Shown: piece after piece, positions 56,070 to 64,000 of the stretch
How the letters are laid out: every line of letters begins with the position of its first letter
Numbering within the stretch: the stretch's first letter is position 1
Source of the DNA: a virus
IMG/VR virus record: IMGVR_UViG_3300025151_008277
Location: 1 to 64,000 of that record
DNA length: 64,000 nucleotides
Strand: one strand, 5' to 3'
Notes under the pieces: generated by a model
The model's input: only the letters and a program-made list of their open reading frames with translations
Told to the model about the DNA's origin: nothing
Database searches by the model: none
Translations under genes and position numbers: made by a program

Positions 56070-57881
56070 TTAATTGTTGTATTTTAATTTTCTAGTTATG
56101 CCGTTAGTTTTTTCTAAGTAAATAACTTCCCCAGAACTTTCCTTGGCTGATTCTTTTCTATGCGATATTATATATATCGACTCATTGTAAGTTTCAACTC
56201 TTTCTTTAAGAATATTGAGTACTAACTCAACTCCCTTTTCATCAAGAGAAGAGTCTAGAAGTTCGTCAAACATAACAAGGTTATAAGAAACATCACCTTG
56301 CATTCTTCTAATATCCATAAAAGTAAACAAGCAAGCTAAATCAATATTCTTTCTTTCTGCACCAGAGAAATTAAAGTAAGAACATTCTTGTCCTTTGTCA
56401 TTTTTAATCTCTTCTTCAAAAAATTCATTAAACTTACAAACACAATTTGCGTCCATCTTTTTAAGATAGTATAAAAGTCTACCGTTTAAAATATTAAGAA
56501 TTTTCTTTACAATAAACGACTTAACTCCTTCTTCAGATAGAATAAATTTTACAAACTCTAATACTTTGTTATTCTTAGAAAGAGATTCAACTTGTTCTTC
56601 AAGCATATCTACCTTAGTAGTATAATCTTTAATCTGATTTTCTAGATCCAAATCATTATCATTACTACTTTCAGCATCTTTAATCTCTTTTTCGATATCT
56701 AGAATTTCTTCTTTAATTTCGGTTATACTTGCTCTTACTCGCTTATTAGACTCTATCGCAGTTAAACAATCTTTAAGATAAGATTTACATTTATCAGATT
56801 CTAATCTATAATCGTTTTTATAATTCTTTAGTTTGTCAACTTGTAATAAAATCTCATCAATATCACTTTCTCTATCAGCAATATCATTACTAATTTTATT
56901 TTTTTCATCTTCTATATGAGCGAGATCCTCAGAAGAAATTTCATGCAAGCAAACTGGACACGAGCTTTTATCAGTACCGATTTGTTTAAATGTTCTCTCA
57001 AACATTTTAATCTCAGTCTCATACTGCATTTTTTTATAATGCTCTCTTTCGATAGCAGTATCTATGTCGGATATTTTATTATCAAAGTTACTTTTCTTTT
57101 CTTTAATATCGCTGACGAGTTTTAAATTAGGTTCAGTAATTTGATCTTCAAGTAAAATTAGTTTGTTTTTCTTTTTATTGATATCTGAATTATATCGACT
57201 AATTCTATTTTTAATATCAGACTTTTTATCTTCTAATTGCTTAGAAACTATATCTTTATAATTCTTTTGATGATTAAGTTCTTTATTTGTAGAATCATAA
57301 TCTCTTAACACATCATTATGCTCGTTCCGAGCTGCTTGTAGCATTTGAGAAAACACCTCAAGTTTAAGAATACCTTCAATAAACTTTCTCTTCTCTACTT
57401 TTTTCTGAGCCATAAAAGGTAGAGTGGTATTAATAGACATAATAACACAATTCTGAAATATCTCTTGAGACGCGTAAAGTATCTCTTTGATTCTGTTTGT
57501 TGTGTTAATTATGGTACTTTCAGTTTTATCTTCATCATTTATATAAAGGAAACATTTTGTAGGTTTAAGAGATCTAATTATTTTATACTCAGTTACCTTA
57601 TTACTTTCAGTGACAGAAAATGAGAGCTCTACGTATGTACCCTTTTTAGTAATATTATTAACAATATTACTCTTAGGTATTTCTCTTATTGTCTCCCCAA
57701 AGATAGCAAAGTGTATACTATCAGCAATAGTACTTTTACCTACTCCATTACGCCTATCAACCTTATCTTTATTATTACCTGTGATAACATTGATACCTTT
57801 CTTAAAGACAACTTCAACCTCTTCATCACCTATTGATAAAAAGTTTCTAGCTTTGATATAATTAAAGTTAACGAACTTCAT
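56070..57881 (-). CDS. gp46: recombination exonuclease ATPase subunit (gp46/Rad50-like)
   Basis: NFLSIG, NGVGKST, CPVC hook, FSGAE, FDELLDSSLD, ISH. Confidence 0.96.
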   Translation of the reverse strand: MKFVNFNYIKARNFLSIGDEEVEVVFKKGINVITGNNKDKVDRRNGVGKSTIADSIHFAIFGETIREIPKSNIVNNITKKGTYVELSFSVTESNKVTEYKIIRSLKPTKCFLYINDEDKTESTIINTTNRIKEILYASQEIFQNCVIMSINTTLPFMAQKKVEKRKFIEGILKLEVFSQMLQAARNEHNDVLRDYDSTNKELNHQKNYKDIVSKQLEDKKSDIKNRISRYNSDINKKKNKLILLEDQITEPNLKLVSDIKEKKSNFDNKISDIDTAIEREHYKKMQYETEIKMFERTFKQIGTDKSSCPVCLHEISSEDLAHIEDEKNKISNDIADRESDIDEILLQVDKLKNYKNDYRLESDKCKSYLKDCLTAIESNKRVRASITEIKEEILDIEKEIKDAESSNDNDLDLENQIKDYTTKVDMLEEQVESLSKNNKVLEFVKFILSEEGVKSFIVKKILNILNGRLLYYLKKMDANCVCKFNEFFEEEIKNDKGQECSYFNFSGAERKNIDLACLFTFMDIRRMQGDVSYNLVMFDELLDSSLDEKGVELVLNILKERVETYNESIYIISHRKESAKESSGEVIYLEKTNGITRKLKYNN

Positions 57882-58900
57882 ACAAACTGCTTATAGATTT
57901 CTATGGTTTTTTTAATGACATCAACTTTGTATTCGTCATCAATCGTATTATCAATATATTCTATAATGCATTCCCTAGTATTCAAGTCAGCTAATTCATT
58001 AGTAAACGGCGTATCTCCAGGATTAAATTTGTGAAGATAATCTACTGTAAGGTCAACTGGGTTATAAGAGTTAACTTTAGAAACAATATTATCTAGATCT
58101 TTAATCTTAATATCATTATCTACTAGAAGTTTTAGAATTATATTATGTAGTCTATCTTTATATTGAGGTAGTGTTGCAATATCGCTGGTTTTTATTTTAA
58201 CATGATTAGGTGAATAATTATTCTCAATAAACTCATACGATAAATCTTCCAGATCAATAATATAAAATCCCTTTTTATCTCCTAGATCACTAAAGTCCAT
58301 TTCAAAAGTGTTACCCGCATATACTACTACACCATTATCATAATTTCTTTCTTCTCTCTTATGAAAGTGGCCTGAGAATACTCTCGTAGTTTTATTTAAA
58401 AGTTCTCTAGAATTAAAACCATGTTCACAAACTTTAAAATTATTATACTTAAAGTTCTGAATCTCAAAATGACCAAATATGATATCAGCAGGCTCAATCT
58501 CACTCATATCAATACCCCAAGGACACATCATTAAGTCTCTGCCTTTTTTCCTAATTACTTTAGGAACATCAATGACGTCAATATTATTTTTAGTATTAAG
58601 AATTGATAAAGAATTTACTGTAGAATGATCCTTATAATAAGAATCATGATTACCAGTAATCATAGTAATATTGAAATCTTTAAATGTATCCAATATTAGA
58701 TTAGCTGCATGTAAGCATTTTACATTTACTTCATCTCTATAATGGAAAAAATCCCCTCCAAAAATTAGTTCATGTATATTACGATCCTTTAGCTCTTTTT
58801 GAAACCAATTAGACCATTCTAAAGCAATAGTTAACCAGCGTTCGCTATTTTGATGAACACCGAGATGAAGATCTGTAAAAAACGCAATCTTAGAATTCAT
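57878..58900 (-). CDS. gp47: recombination endonuclease subunit (gp47/Mre11-like)
   Basis: TDLHLG, GDFFH, GNHD, GHFE, SGHFH. Confidence 0.95.
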   Translation of the reverse strand: MNSKIAFFTDLHLGVHQNSERWLTIALEWSNWFQKELKDRNIHELIFGGDFFHYRDEVNVKCLHAANLILDTFKDFNITMITGNHDSYYKDHSTVNSLSILNTKNNIDVIDVPKVIRKKGRDLMMCPWGIDMSEIEPADIIFGHFEIQNFKYNNFKVCEHGFNSRELLNKTTRVFSGHFHKREERNYDNGVVVYAGNTFEMDFSDLGDKKGFYIIDLEDLSYEFIENNYSPNHVKIKTSDIATLPQYKDRLHNIILKLLVDNDIKIKDLDNIVSKVNSYNPVDLTVDYLHKFNPGDTPFTNELADLNTRECIIEYIDNTIDDEYKVDVIKKTIEIYKQFV

Positions 58901-59361
58901 TAGTCGTTGTAATTAATCATACCATCTTCATCGGAGTTTTTTACATACACTCTCCCGTTTCCTTCAGCGCACATAATTTCTTCGTAGATGGTTTCTTGAT
59001 ATTCATTAATAGTCTGTTTGTATCGCTTTTCTTTCTTAATTCGATTTATAAATGCATGATAAGCTATTGTTGTAAAATAAGAGAAAGGATTTGAATGTGA
59101 TTCAATATTAAATTTCTTATGTTTCAAAGCTGTAAACATTTTAACTACTGCATCCCCGACCATTTCATCTTTATAGGTGTAATTGATAAAATTAGTTGCA
59201 TAGCTTAGTCCAATTGCAATCTTATGAACCGACTCGGCAAGAGTATCACATAAATCATCTGTCTCGTAATAAGTTTTAATCTGATTATAAAACTCTTTAG
59301 GATTTACGTAATATTCAGTCTTCTTACCCTTTTTATTTTTCGAAGTAGTTTTTTTGTTCAT
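58900..59361 (-). CDS. gp55: late-transcription sigma factor (gp55-like)
   Basis: YVNPKEF, NFINYTYKDEMVGDA, SNPFSYFTTIAYHAFINRIKKEK. Confidence 0.95.
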   Translation of the reverse strand: MNKKTTSKNKKGKKTEYYVNPKEFYNQIKTYYETDDLCDTLAESVHKIAIGLSYATNFINYTYKDEMVGDAVVKMFTALKHKKFNIESHSNPFSYFTTIAYHAFINRIKKEKRYKQTINEYQETIYEEIMCAEGNGRVYVKNSDEDGMINYND

Positions 59362-60763
59362 ATTTTATATTTTCTGAATCATAAAGTTTTTTTCGCTCAT
59401 CTATATGTCTTTGACCATATATCAAGTTGTCAGCGATATCGAATATTATAAGCTGCTTCTTATCTTTATGCAAGCGTAAGCCTCTACCTATACTCTGAAT
59501 AATTCTAACCTTAGCTTTGCCGCCGTTAGCGAACATAATATAGTGAAGGTTTTTAATATTAATACCAGTTGAGAATATTTTCGAAATAGCAATAACAACA
59601 ATATTGGTTTCGGTTTCCATTAACTTTTGGATATTACGTCTTTCCTCAACTTCAACATCTCCCCTTATAAAGAAAACCTTTTTATCCTTACAAGCACGAG
59701 TTACATAATCTAATAAAATCTCTCCATGCTCAATATAATCAATTAGTATAAGTGTATTATTATCTAAAGCAGAAGAGATTTTACTTATTACATTGTTTCT
59801 GTAGTTGTTGTTTTTTATAAATTCTCCTTCTTGTAAATAAAAATTTACAGAAGATTTTTTATCATAGATATCAGATTCTTTAGCTTTATAATTAAGCTCT
59901 AAAATATGAACCTTTGCAGGGGTAACATAATTATCTTCTCTGAGTTGATATGCTTTTCTTTCATATAACTGAGGCCCGATCTTACCAAAAATATTCCATC
60001 TATCTAAAGGTTCATCAGGAAGAGTACCAGTGAATCCAAACTTATGTTTAGTATCAATAGTTTTAATAATATTGTTTATTTTATTGTCTTTTCGTAGCTT
60101 GTGAGTTTCGTCAACTATGAGTATATCGATATTTTTTATCCAACTAGTATCACTTTTTTCGCTTTGTAGTATTCCCATATTAGCAATAACTACATGTGTA
60201 TTCATATCTAATTGATTATTACCAGACCATATAGAATGAGAATAGTTAACTTCATACTCGATAAAATCATTATGTGTTTGATTAACCAGGCCTAGATCAG
60301 GTACAATAATTAAACCTTTAAAAAATTTATTGACGTTTTGATAATAATATTCTATCAAGCTAGCCATGGTGAGAGTTTTACCGCCAGCTGTTGCTAACAC
60401 TACTGTACCTCTGCCAGCTCGAATACATCTCTCAACTATATCTTTTTGATAATCTCTTAAATCAAATTTAAGATCATATTTTATTGTAGGAGGCGGTAAT
60501 GTGGGTACGAGTATATCTGTAACTCCTTTTTCAAATTTATATTCAATATCTTTAGATTGACAAAATTTAATTATTTCATGTACTAATCCAATATCACATC
60601 TACCTTTAGGTGTTATTGCATATATTCTATCTTTAGTAAATCTCCGGAGTCGTCGTTGAAAGTTAGCCGCTTTATTTTCTACACTAAAATGTTCTCTGAT
60701 TAAATTTAACTCAGTACCACATACGTAAACAAGCTTATCATTATGGAATTTAAATTCTATCAT
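59333..60763 (-). CDS. uvsW: DNA helicase UvsW
   Basis: LRDYQ, ATAGGKT, VDETH, GFTGT, FSTGINI, QSIGRGLR. Confidence 0.95.
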   Translation of the reverse strand: MIEFKFHNDKLVYVCGTELNLIREHFSVENKAANFQRRLRRFTKDRIYAITPKGRCDIGLVHEIIKFCQSKDIEYKFEKGVTDILVPTLPPPTIKYDLKFDLRDYQKDIVERCIRAGRGTVVLATAGGKTLTMASLIEYYYQNVNKFFKGLIIVPDLGLVNQTHNDFIEYEVNYSHSIWSGNNQLDMNTHVVIANMGILQSEKSDTSWIKNIDILIVDETHKLRKDNKINNIIKTIDTKHKFGFTGTLPDEPLDRWNIFGKIGPQLYERKAYQLREDNYVTPAKVHILELNYKAKESDIYDKKSSVNFYLQEGEFIKNNNYRNNVISKISSALDNNTLILIDYIEHGEILLDYVTRACKDKKVFFIRGDVEVEERRNIQKLMETETNIVVIAISKIFSTGINIKNLHYIMFANGGKAKVRIIQSIGRGLRLHKDKKQLIIFDIADNLIYGQRHIDERKKLYDSENIKYEQKNYFEK

Positions 60764-61164
60764 TGAAGCTCTAACTTTTCTAATTCAATTAAGTTTTTAA
60801 TATCCCATTGTATATTATTCACAATGTTTTGTATTTTTTCTAAATACTCTAAAATTAGTTCTTCTTCTTGAATTTTAATATCTATCTCTACTAATTCTTT
60901 TCTATTAGTTACAGATTTTTCAGCAATGGATATGTTAACTTTTACAGGAGATTGATCAATATATTCTGATACCAATTCTCTATATAATTCTTTTTTAGCT
61001 ACTTTTAATTTAATTAATCTTCTTTTATGATTAATATAACGACCAGCCCATTTATGCTTTAAAGAAGGTAATTTAGTTTGATGATTATCGAGGTTTAACT
61101 TATTAATATTGATCTCTGGTTTGAGCTCATTACTATAGTCCTCTAATATCTGATCAACATCCAT
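60760..61164 (-). CDS. uvsY: recombination mediator UvsY-like
   Basis: Helical 134 aa, KHKW and WDIKNLIE motifs, adjacent to uvsW; start at 61164 after TATAAT. Confidence 0.8.
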   Translation of the reverse strand: MDVDQILEDYSNELKPEININKLNLDNHQTKLPSLKHKWAGRYINHKRRLIKLKVAKKELYRELVSEYIDQSPVKVNISIAEKSVTNRKELVEIDIKIQEEELILEYLEKIQNIVNNIQWDIKNLIELEKLELQ

Positions 61165-61170
61165 AGATTT

Positions 61171-61197
61171 ATTATAACTATAAATCACAGAAGTCAA
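61171..61197 (-). promoter_or_regulatory. sigma70-type promoter heading the uvsY-uvsW-gp55 operon
   Basis: Minus strand TTGACT-15 nt-TATAAT, ATG 6 nt downstream. Confidence 0.6.
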
Positions 61198-61286
61198 CTA
61201 TAGAAATTTAGACTATAGTTTTTCGTTCCCTCCGTAATTCATTTATTTTGGCACTGTAAAATTGCAACTGTATGATAAATACTTAT

Positions 61287-61883
61287 ATGGATTTTGATAA
61301 TCTATACAAATCTTACTTAGCTGAATTTACTGTAGCTGATGCTGGACTCGCTGGTGATGCAGAGTTCGCGTATAATAGTGATGATACGTATGCTCCTGGG
61401 GACGTGAGAACTCCTAAAGCTTTAGGAGCTACTATTTCACGAAAAGGTAAAGTAAAGAAAAAGAAAAAGAAAAAAAAGCTTAACGAAGATACAATATACG
61501 ACTATTTACTTTTCCCTCCTGAAGGAGAAGATCAAGAAAAAATTACTACTTACATAGCTACTTTAAAATCTGATTCAGATGAAGTATACAGGGGTATGTC
61601 TTCTGCGGAATATAAAAACTTAATCAAAGATGGTAGTGTTGTATCTAGAGGCGCTGGTAATACTAGAAAGGGTATTAGCGGTAGTTATGTTTCTGACAGT
61701 ATACAACTCGCGGGTAGATTTGCTTTTGCAGAATATAAAGATAAAGGTAGAGCTTATTTGGTAGCTTTTGATAAAGATAAATTACCAGAATTAAATCCTG
61801 CTGATGAAGGTAATTATTGGACTTCAAATCTCTTTAAAGATGCTATCACCGCAGCTTATTATTTGCCAGATCTGGCTAAGTAG
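61287..61883 (+). CDS. late protein with poly-Lys linker and possible ADP-ribosyltransferase-like C-terminal domain
   Basis: GATAAATA box; VYRGMS...SYVSDSIQLAGRFA pattern. Confidence 0.55.
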   Translation: MDFDNLYKSYLAEFTVADAGLAGDAEFAYNSDDTYAPGDVRTPKALGATISRKGKVKKKKKKKKLNEDTIYDYLLFPPEGEDQEKITTYIATLKSDSDEVYRGMSSAEYKNLIKDGSVVSRGAGNTRKGISGSYVSDSIQLAGRFAFAEYKDKGRAYLVAFDKDKLPELNPADEGNYWTSNLFKDAITAAYYLPDLAK

Positions 61884-61896
61884 TATATATTAGTAC

Positions 61897-62427
61897 ATGC
61901 CTAGTAGAGCTAAAGCAAAAGGTAACGCATGGGAAAGAGACGTTGCTAAACATCTAAGTGAAGTTTTTAATGAGAACTTTATGCGTGTACCTAATTCTGG
62001 TGCATATACCGGAGGAGCTAATGTATTTCGTGTAGATAACTTAACCGAAACTCAAAAAAGAATGATGGACGGTGATATTATTGTACCAGAATCTATCAGT
62101 AATTGGAAAATTGAGTGTAAAAACTATAAAGATCTTGATTTTCATGGTTTTTTTACCAAATCCCGCCAGTTAGATGAGTGGATTAAACAAGCTGAGAGTG
62201 GCACAAAGTGGTTTTTAGTTGTAAAAATTTCTAGAAAATGTAGATTTGTTTGTTTCTCAGAATATTACCGTAGAATTTTTCATTATTTAAATTATACTTA
62301 CTATAAGAAATATATCTTAACTGATTATACTGATTTTTTCGAAAATAATTTTTGGAAAATGCGTGAGTTAAATGAAGAAACTATACAACACATTTGTATT
62401 ACCGAAAAGTCGGTACAAACTAGTTGA
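61897..62427 (+). CDS. PD-(D/E)XK nuclease, Holliday junction resolvase-like
   Basis: AKAKGNAWERDVA, RVPNSGA, GDII, IECK. Confidence 0.85.
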   Translation: MPSRAKAKGNAWERDVAKHLSEVFNENFMRVPNSGAYTGGANVFRVDNLTETQKRMMDGDIIVPESISNWKIECKNYKDLDFHGFFTKSRQLDEWIKQAESGTKWFLVVKISRKCRFVCFSEYYRRIFHYLNYTYYKKYILTDYTDFFENNFWKMRELNEETIQHICITEKSVQTS

Positions 62428-62890
62428 CTTGAATGATGTCTTTGTTAATTCTAACATAGAGCATGTAAAAAATATCTTTGAAAATCAGCTCACAAATAAA
62501 CCTATCATAAGAAAATACTTCTATCATACATATATTTTTAATATATGTAAATCTGTAATTGATAACAATAAAAAGCATGTTCCAGTATTAATTTTTAATA
62601 CAGAAGATGAGAGTTTATCTAATGATGAATCAAAAATTTTTGATAAGTTTTTAAGAATGTTCCCTGTTATTAATATTAAAACTAAAATTAGTTTTAATTA
62701 CTTTATAAAATCATTATCTGACGCTGGAATGAGAGAAGAGATATCTAACGTAATATATTGTAGTCAAGATAAAATATCGCGTAAGCGTTTTTACTTCTCA
62801 AAGATAGAAAACTTTTGTAAGAGATACGAATTAACGTTTTTAGACAAAAAATTCTTTGGGGACATAAAAAATAAAATGCTTATGATATAA
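62372..62890 (+). CDS. hypothetical protein
   Basis: 172-aa ORF overlapping resolvase end. Confidence 0.65.
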   Translation: MKKLYNTFVLPKSRYKLVDLNDVFVNSNIEHVKNIFENQLTNKPIIRKYFYHTYIFNICKSVIDNNKKHVPVLIFNTEDESLSNDESKIFDKFLRMFPVINIKTKISFNYFIKSLSDAGMREEISNVIYCSQDKISRKRFYFSKIENFCKRYELTFLDKKFFGDIKNKMLMI

Positions 62891-62899
62891 ATAATTATA

Positions 62900-63340
62900 A
62901 TGAGCAAGTTCCTATCTGTTATTGAAAATTTAGCGTCTAAGAAAAAGTTAGCTTTACCTCCTGAAGATGAAGCTCTCAAGGATATCGACCGTAAAAAGAA
63001 GAACAAGGAAATTCTTTCTCCTCAAGAAAAGGAATTAGATAGGCTTAATAGTTTAGTTTTAAAGAAAGCTAAAGACAGGCTCAAAAAACAATTAGCTACT
63101 GAGGAAGAAGATCAAGTAGCTCAAGAACCCTCTACCGAACCAGAAACAGCTACCCAGGTATTATCCCCTGAAGGAGAAGTGTTTTATGTTGATCAAATAA
63201 AGAAGGCCTTATTTGTAGACTTAGATAACGTTGAGTTAACTTCTTCAGAAAAAGAGGCTATAACTCACGACGTTACACCCGAAAACGCAAAAAAAGTCGC
63301 TGAAGTACTACAAAAGATCATCAGCGACTTTGGTTTGTGA
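62900..63340 (+). CDS. hypothetical late protein
   Basis: TATAAATA box upstream; MSKFLSVIE start. Confidence 0.75.
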   Translation: MSKFLSVIENLASKKKLALPPEDEALKDIDRKKKNKEILSPQEKELDRLNSLVLKKAKDRLKKQLATEEEDQVAQEPSTEPETATQVLSPEGEVFYVDQIKKALFVDLDNVELTSSEKEAITHDVTPENAKKVAEVLQKIISDFGL

Positions 63341-63349
63341 GCTTAAATT

Positions 63350-64000
63350 TTATCTCAATCCAGTAGATTCAAATACGTCTCTTGCTACCCCAGCGGTAAA
63401 GCCTCCTGGTACACCTTTAACTATAACTGACACTGCATTATGACTATGTAGGCTCTCGTTATGAGATGCTACAATCTTAAAGTCTGTAATGCGGGATTCA
63501 TTAGTTAGTTTATCATATAACAATCTTACTGCATCTTCTACGAATTTAAGATAAGCACCATTCTTTTCTGCGAATGCTTGCTCATCTTCTCTCTTTACCA
63601 TTACTTGAGTTTCAGTTTGTAGAGCCTCTAAACATAATTCTTGAAGATCTTCTACCCATAGCATTTCATCGAACTTAACACTAACACGGGCCACGCTTCG
63701 TTGACTATGAGGAACAGTTGCTCTATTTCTGTATTTCTCTGCATGTTCACTTAACTCAAAACTGCAAGGACATGCTGAGGAATAAACAAAATCAAAGTGA
63801 ATATATTTTTTGAACTCACCGTCTTTAGTTAAGTCACCTTCAAATACCACATCGTAGTATTGATAACCTTCTAAACCACTTCGTAAACTTTTTTGTTTAA
63901 TAGGATAAGATATTTTCAACATAATACGAGAGTCAAAACTCTTAAGATTATTTTTATATGTTTCTAAAACATCTTTAATTTTACTGATACTGAATACCTC
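63350..64000 (-). CDS. folE2: GTP cyclohydrolase I type B (FolE2/MptA), 5' end outside window
   Basis: [33 protein letters not shown]. Confidence 0.93.
   Translation of the reverse strand, partial: EVFSISKIKDVLETYKNNLKSFDSRIMLKISYPIKQKSLRSGLEGYQYYDVVFEGDLTKDGEFKKYIHFDFVYSSACPCSFELSEHAEKYRNRATVPHSQRSVARVSVKFDEMLWVEDLQELCLEALQTETQVMVKREDEQAFAEKNGAYLKFVEDAVRLLYDKLTNESRITDFKIVASHNESLHSHNAVSVIVKGVPGGFTAGVARDVFESTGLR

Noticed and set aside
4982-57861. Many short plus-strand ORFs inside large minus-strand genes (e.g. 4982-5416, 23898-24959, 28328-29060, 57610-57861)
   Set aside because: Fully antisense to well-supported genes with Ser/Leu/Ile-biased shadow composition
1-64000. tRNA, tmRNA, rRNA or CRISPR arrays
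   Set aside because: Intergenic gaps are short and no cloverleaf or repeat-spacer pattern was seen by eye; covariance-model search not run

Overview
AT-rich 64 kb segment of a large T4-like (Tevenvirinae-grade) myovirus genome; all calls are from motif recognition, with no database searches. 1-4066 is an accessory/host-takeover region: small ORFs each behind a repeated sigma70-type early promoter, a palindrome-rich boundary, a SemiSWEET/PQ-loop transporter, an outer-membrane beta-barrel, a C4 zinc-finger protein and an unannotated 43-aa ArfA-like ribosome-rescue peptide (KKGKGSY motif) whose stop codon lies beyond an intrinsic terminator. 4063-37264 holds tail/baseplate/neck/terminase genes (gp6, gp25, gp53, gp19, gp18, gp3, gp17, gp14 and large Ser/Thr-rich fibre-like proteins), interrupted by clamp loader, dUTPase, rmlA and a tandem DUF2589-like module. 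38826-61164 is the replication/recombination core (gp61, rnh, gp45, gp32, gp41, uvsX, gp43, gp46/47, gp55, uvsW, uvsY), interleaved with dTDP-rhamnose enzymes, two glycosyltransferases and a QueC + class II glutamine amidotransferase pair; a FolE2 GTP cyclohydrolase is truncated at the right edge. Many genes appear to be transcribed as leaderless or near-leaderless mRNAs. No tRNA, rRNA, CRISPR array, intron or intein was recognised.
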